Origin: an uncultured Planctomycetales bacterium
GTDB taxonomy: Bacteria; Planctomycetota; UBA1135
Direction: 5' to 3'
NCBI GenBank assembly: GCA_964584805.1
Contig: CAZPAY010000002.1
Location: forward strand, 80,311 to 144,310
Length of the DNA stretch: 64,000 bases
Shown: piece after piece, positions 62,319 to 64,000 of the stretch
How positions within the stretch are numbered: the stretch's first letter is position 1
How the letters are laid out: every line of letters starts with the position of its first letter
The notes under the pieces: model-generated
The model's input: the letters and a program-made list of their open reading frames with translations, nothing else
Database searches by the model: none
Told to the model about the DNA's origin: nothing
Translations under genes and position numbers: made by a program

Positions 62319-63161
62319 TTATTCCCGCGCCGCAATTTCGCCACCGACCAGTAAGAAAAGCGAAACGAGCCAAAGCAGAAACATCAGAATGAAAAAGCTT
62401 GCGAGGCTTCCGTAAAGCTCGTCAAAGTGGCCAAGCCAACTTAACCAATAACGGAAACCGAGGCCGAGGGCGACCCATCCGCCTAATGCGGGCAACGCGC
62501 CGGCGAGTTGGCGTTTTAGAGGTAATTGTTTGCCGGGCAAATAGCGGTAGGTCGCAACTAAGAAACCGCCTAAGACAAAAAGCACAACCGGCCAGCGTAG
62601 CAGTGACCAGAAATAATGGAAGTTGTCGCCAAGCGTGAAATAGTTGCCAATGAACTGCCCAAGTTGCGCTCCACCCACAAGCAGTAGATAGGCAAAACCT
62701 ACCAGCACCAAAGCGGCTGCAGTGAAAACCAAATCGAGTGCACGCGCTTTAAAATAATTGTGCCGAGGGGGGCATCGGAAAACGCGATTCAAGCCTTTAC
62801 GCGCTCCACGCACGCCACGGCTGGCCGCCCAAAGTGCGACAAAAACCCAAAGCAACACACTGCCGGGGGGGTGCGAGTGAGCAAATTGCGCGAGCCATTC
62901 GCCGAGTAAATTGGAAACGGCCTCTGGCAAAGTCGAGGTCAAATCAGCGGCCCATTCCACGGCACTGACAGCATCACTCGCAACGGGCAACACATCAATC
63001 AATGCCACCAACAAAATCAAACTTGGAAAAAGCGCAAGCATGAAGTAATAAGTCATCTGCGCGGCCGTGCCAGAAAGGTCGTCTTCCGCCGCGGCTTGCA
63101 TGGCACGGCGTACAAAACGGTAAGAGTTGTGCAGAGGCGAGAGAGGAAGGTCGTGCTTCAT
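62319..63161 (-). CDS. YihY/BrkB family membrane protein
   Basis: GTAAQMTYYFMLALFPSLILLVAL start typical of the family, with about 6 TM helices. Confidence 0.8.
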   Translation of the reverse strand: MKHDLPLSPLHNSYRFVRRAMQAAAEDDLSGTAAQMTYYFMLALFPSLILLVALIDVLPVASDAVSAVEWAADLTSTLPEAVSNLLGEWLAQFAHSHPPGSVLLWVFVALWAASRGVRGARKGLNRVFRCPPRHNYFKARALDLVFTAAALVLVGFAYLLLVGGAQLGQFIGNYFTLGDNFHYFWSLLRWPVVLFVLGGFLVATYRYLPGKQLPLKRQLAGALPALGGWVALGLGFRYWLSWLGHFDELYGSLASFFILMFLLWLVSLFLLVGGEIAARE

Positions 63162-63191
63162 ATGGTCGAACCCATTCTAGGCTTGTATCCT

Positions 63192-64000
63192 ATGGGTATG
63201 TCTATTTCGATAAAACGCCGTGATTTCCTCAAGACAAGTGCTGCTGCTCTCGCAGGCACTCTTGCCGCCACCTCAGCAGGCTGCCACATTAGTCAGGCCT
63301 GGCGAGGGAAGAAAGGCTCAATGCGCGCCGATGCCACTCCGTGGTTCCGGATTTCACTTGCTCAGTGGTCCTTGCACCGAGAGTTGTTCAAGGGTGAGCT
63401 CAATCACCTTGATTTTGCTGCCACGGCTCGCGAGTTTGATCTTGACGGCATCGAATACGTCAATCAGTTTTTCATGAATCGTGCAAACGATTCCGCTTAT
63501 CTCGCTGAAATGAATCAACGCGCCGCTGATGCTGGCGTCGAGCAGTTGCTTATCATGTGCGACGGCGAAGGCCGCTTGGGCGATCCTGATTTAGCGACTC
63601 GAAAGCAGGTTGTTGGGCGGCACCGTAAGTGGCTAGAAGCTGCTGCGACTTTGGGTTGTCATTCCATCCGCGTGAATGCGGCGAGCGAGGGCAGTCGTGA
63701 TGAGCAAATGCGTTTAGCCGCTGATGGGTTATCGCACCTTTGCCATGAGGCTGAATCTTATGGTTTGAATGTCCTTGTTGAAAATCACGGCGGTTATTCG
63801 TCTGATGGGTCTTGGCTTGCTGGCGTGATGCGTATGTCGGGCCATCGTTTGCTCGGTACTCTGCCTGACTTTGGCAATTTCTATATGGGCGAGCTCGGTT
63901 GGTATGACATTTACCAGGGCACGGAAGAGCTGATGCCTTTCGCCAAAGCGGTGAGTGCTAAAACGCATCACTTTGACGAAAGCGGCGATGAAAGCGACAA
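63192..64000 (+). CDS. Tat-signal sugar phosphate isomerase/epimerase (xylose-isomerase-like TIM barrel), partial
   Basis: Hand translation from ATG 63192 gives MGMSISIKRRDFLKTSAAALAG (twin-arginine), then ISLAQWSL, IEYVNQFF, GCHSIRVNA, VLVENHGG and LPDFGNF. It is open to the window end. Confidence 0.8.
   Translation, partial: MGMSISIKRRDFLKTSAAALAGTLAATSAGCHISQAWRGKKGSMRADATPWFRISLAQWSLHRELFKGELNHLDFAATAREFDLDGIEYVNQFFMNRANDSAYLAEMNQRAADAGVEQLLIMCDGEGRLGDPDLATRKQVVGRHRKWLEAAATLGCHSIRVNAASEGSRDEQMRLAADGLSHLCHEAESYGLNVLVENHGGYSSDGSWLAGVMRMSGHRLLGTLPDFGNFYMGELGWYDIYQGTEELMPFAKAVSAKTHHFDESGDESD

Noticed and set aside
1-64000. Scan for CRISPR arrays, long direct or inverted repeats, integrases, transposases, phage or toxin-antitoxin genes.
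   Set aside because: I recognised none by eye, and every large ORF has a housekeeping, envelope or unknown-function reading. I cannot exclude short dispersed repeats without a computational self-alignment.

Overview
This is a gene-dense, GC-rich chromosomal segment with about 60 protein-coding genes. I saw no rRNA, tRNA, CRISPR array, transposase or integrase, so it reads as core chromosome rather than a mobile island. Three things point to a PVC-superphylum-like bacterium (Planctomycetota or Verrucomicrobiota-like), and this is inference only: (1) few Shine-Dalgarno sites; (2) at least 11 four-nucleotide start/stop overlaps; (3) the gene content (FGE-sulfatase domains, a Tat-signal xylose-isomerase-like TIM barrel, BtpA, inositol-3-phosphate synthase, a YdjY-like protein). 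Recognisable housekeeping blocks are: gpmI, ygfZ-like, nnrD, ino1, queA; a three-gene 2-oxoacid:ferredoxin oxidoreductase; a dispersed beta-oxidation set (fadD-SDR, fadI-fadJ, tetR-fadE with a palindromic operator candidate); an ADP-heptose/CDP-hexose/polyprenyl-P glycosyltransferase envelope-sugar cluster; gdhA with a clear intrinsic terminator; and phnDCEE. The parts that deserve a second look are: (1) a tightly overlapped operon of tandem-DUF2249 protein, a 12-TM protein with heme-copper-oxidase-like His motifs, DUF59 and CrcB (21.5-24.2 kb); (2) an operon of a membrane-anchored unknown, LemA and a 977-aa pseudo-receiver + receiver + PEP/pyruvate-binding (PPDK_N-like) protein (53.1-57.3 kb); (3) an OFOR whose gamma and delta modules are fused around a GltD/NfnB-like NAD(P)H-FAD-FeS module; (4) a ZIP-like domain fused to a PF03773-like permease carrying CC motifs; (5) a pair of paralogous LolA-like secreted proteins, one with roughly 13 percent Met plus CC motifs; (6) a DprE1-like oxidase translationally coupled to a PTEN/CDC14-type Cys phosphatase downstream of ino1; (7) a decaying tandem pair of FGE-domain genes. 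All family names come from motif recognition by eye and memory. None was checked against a database.
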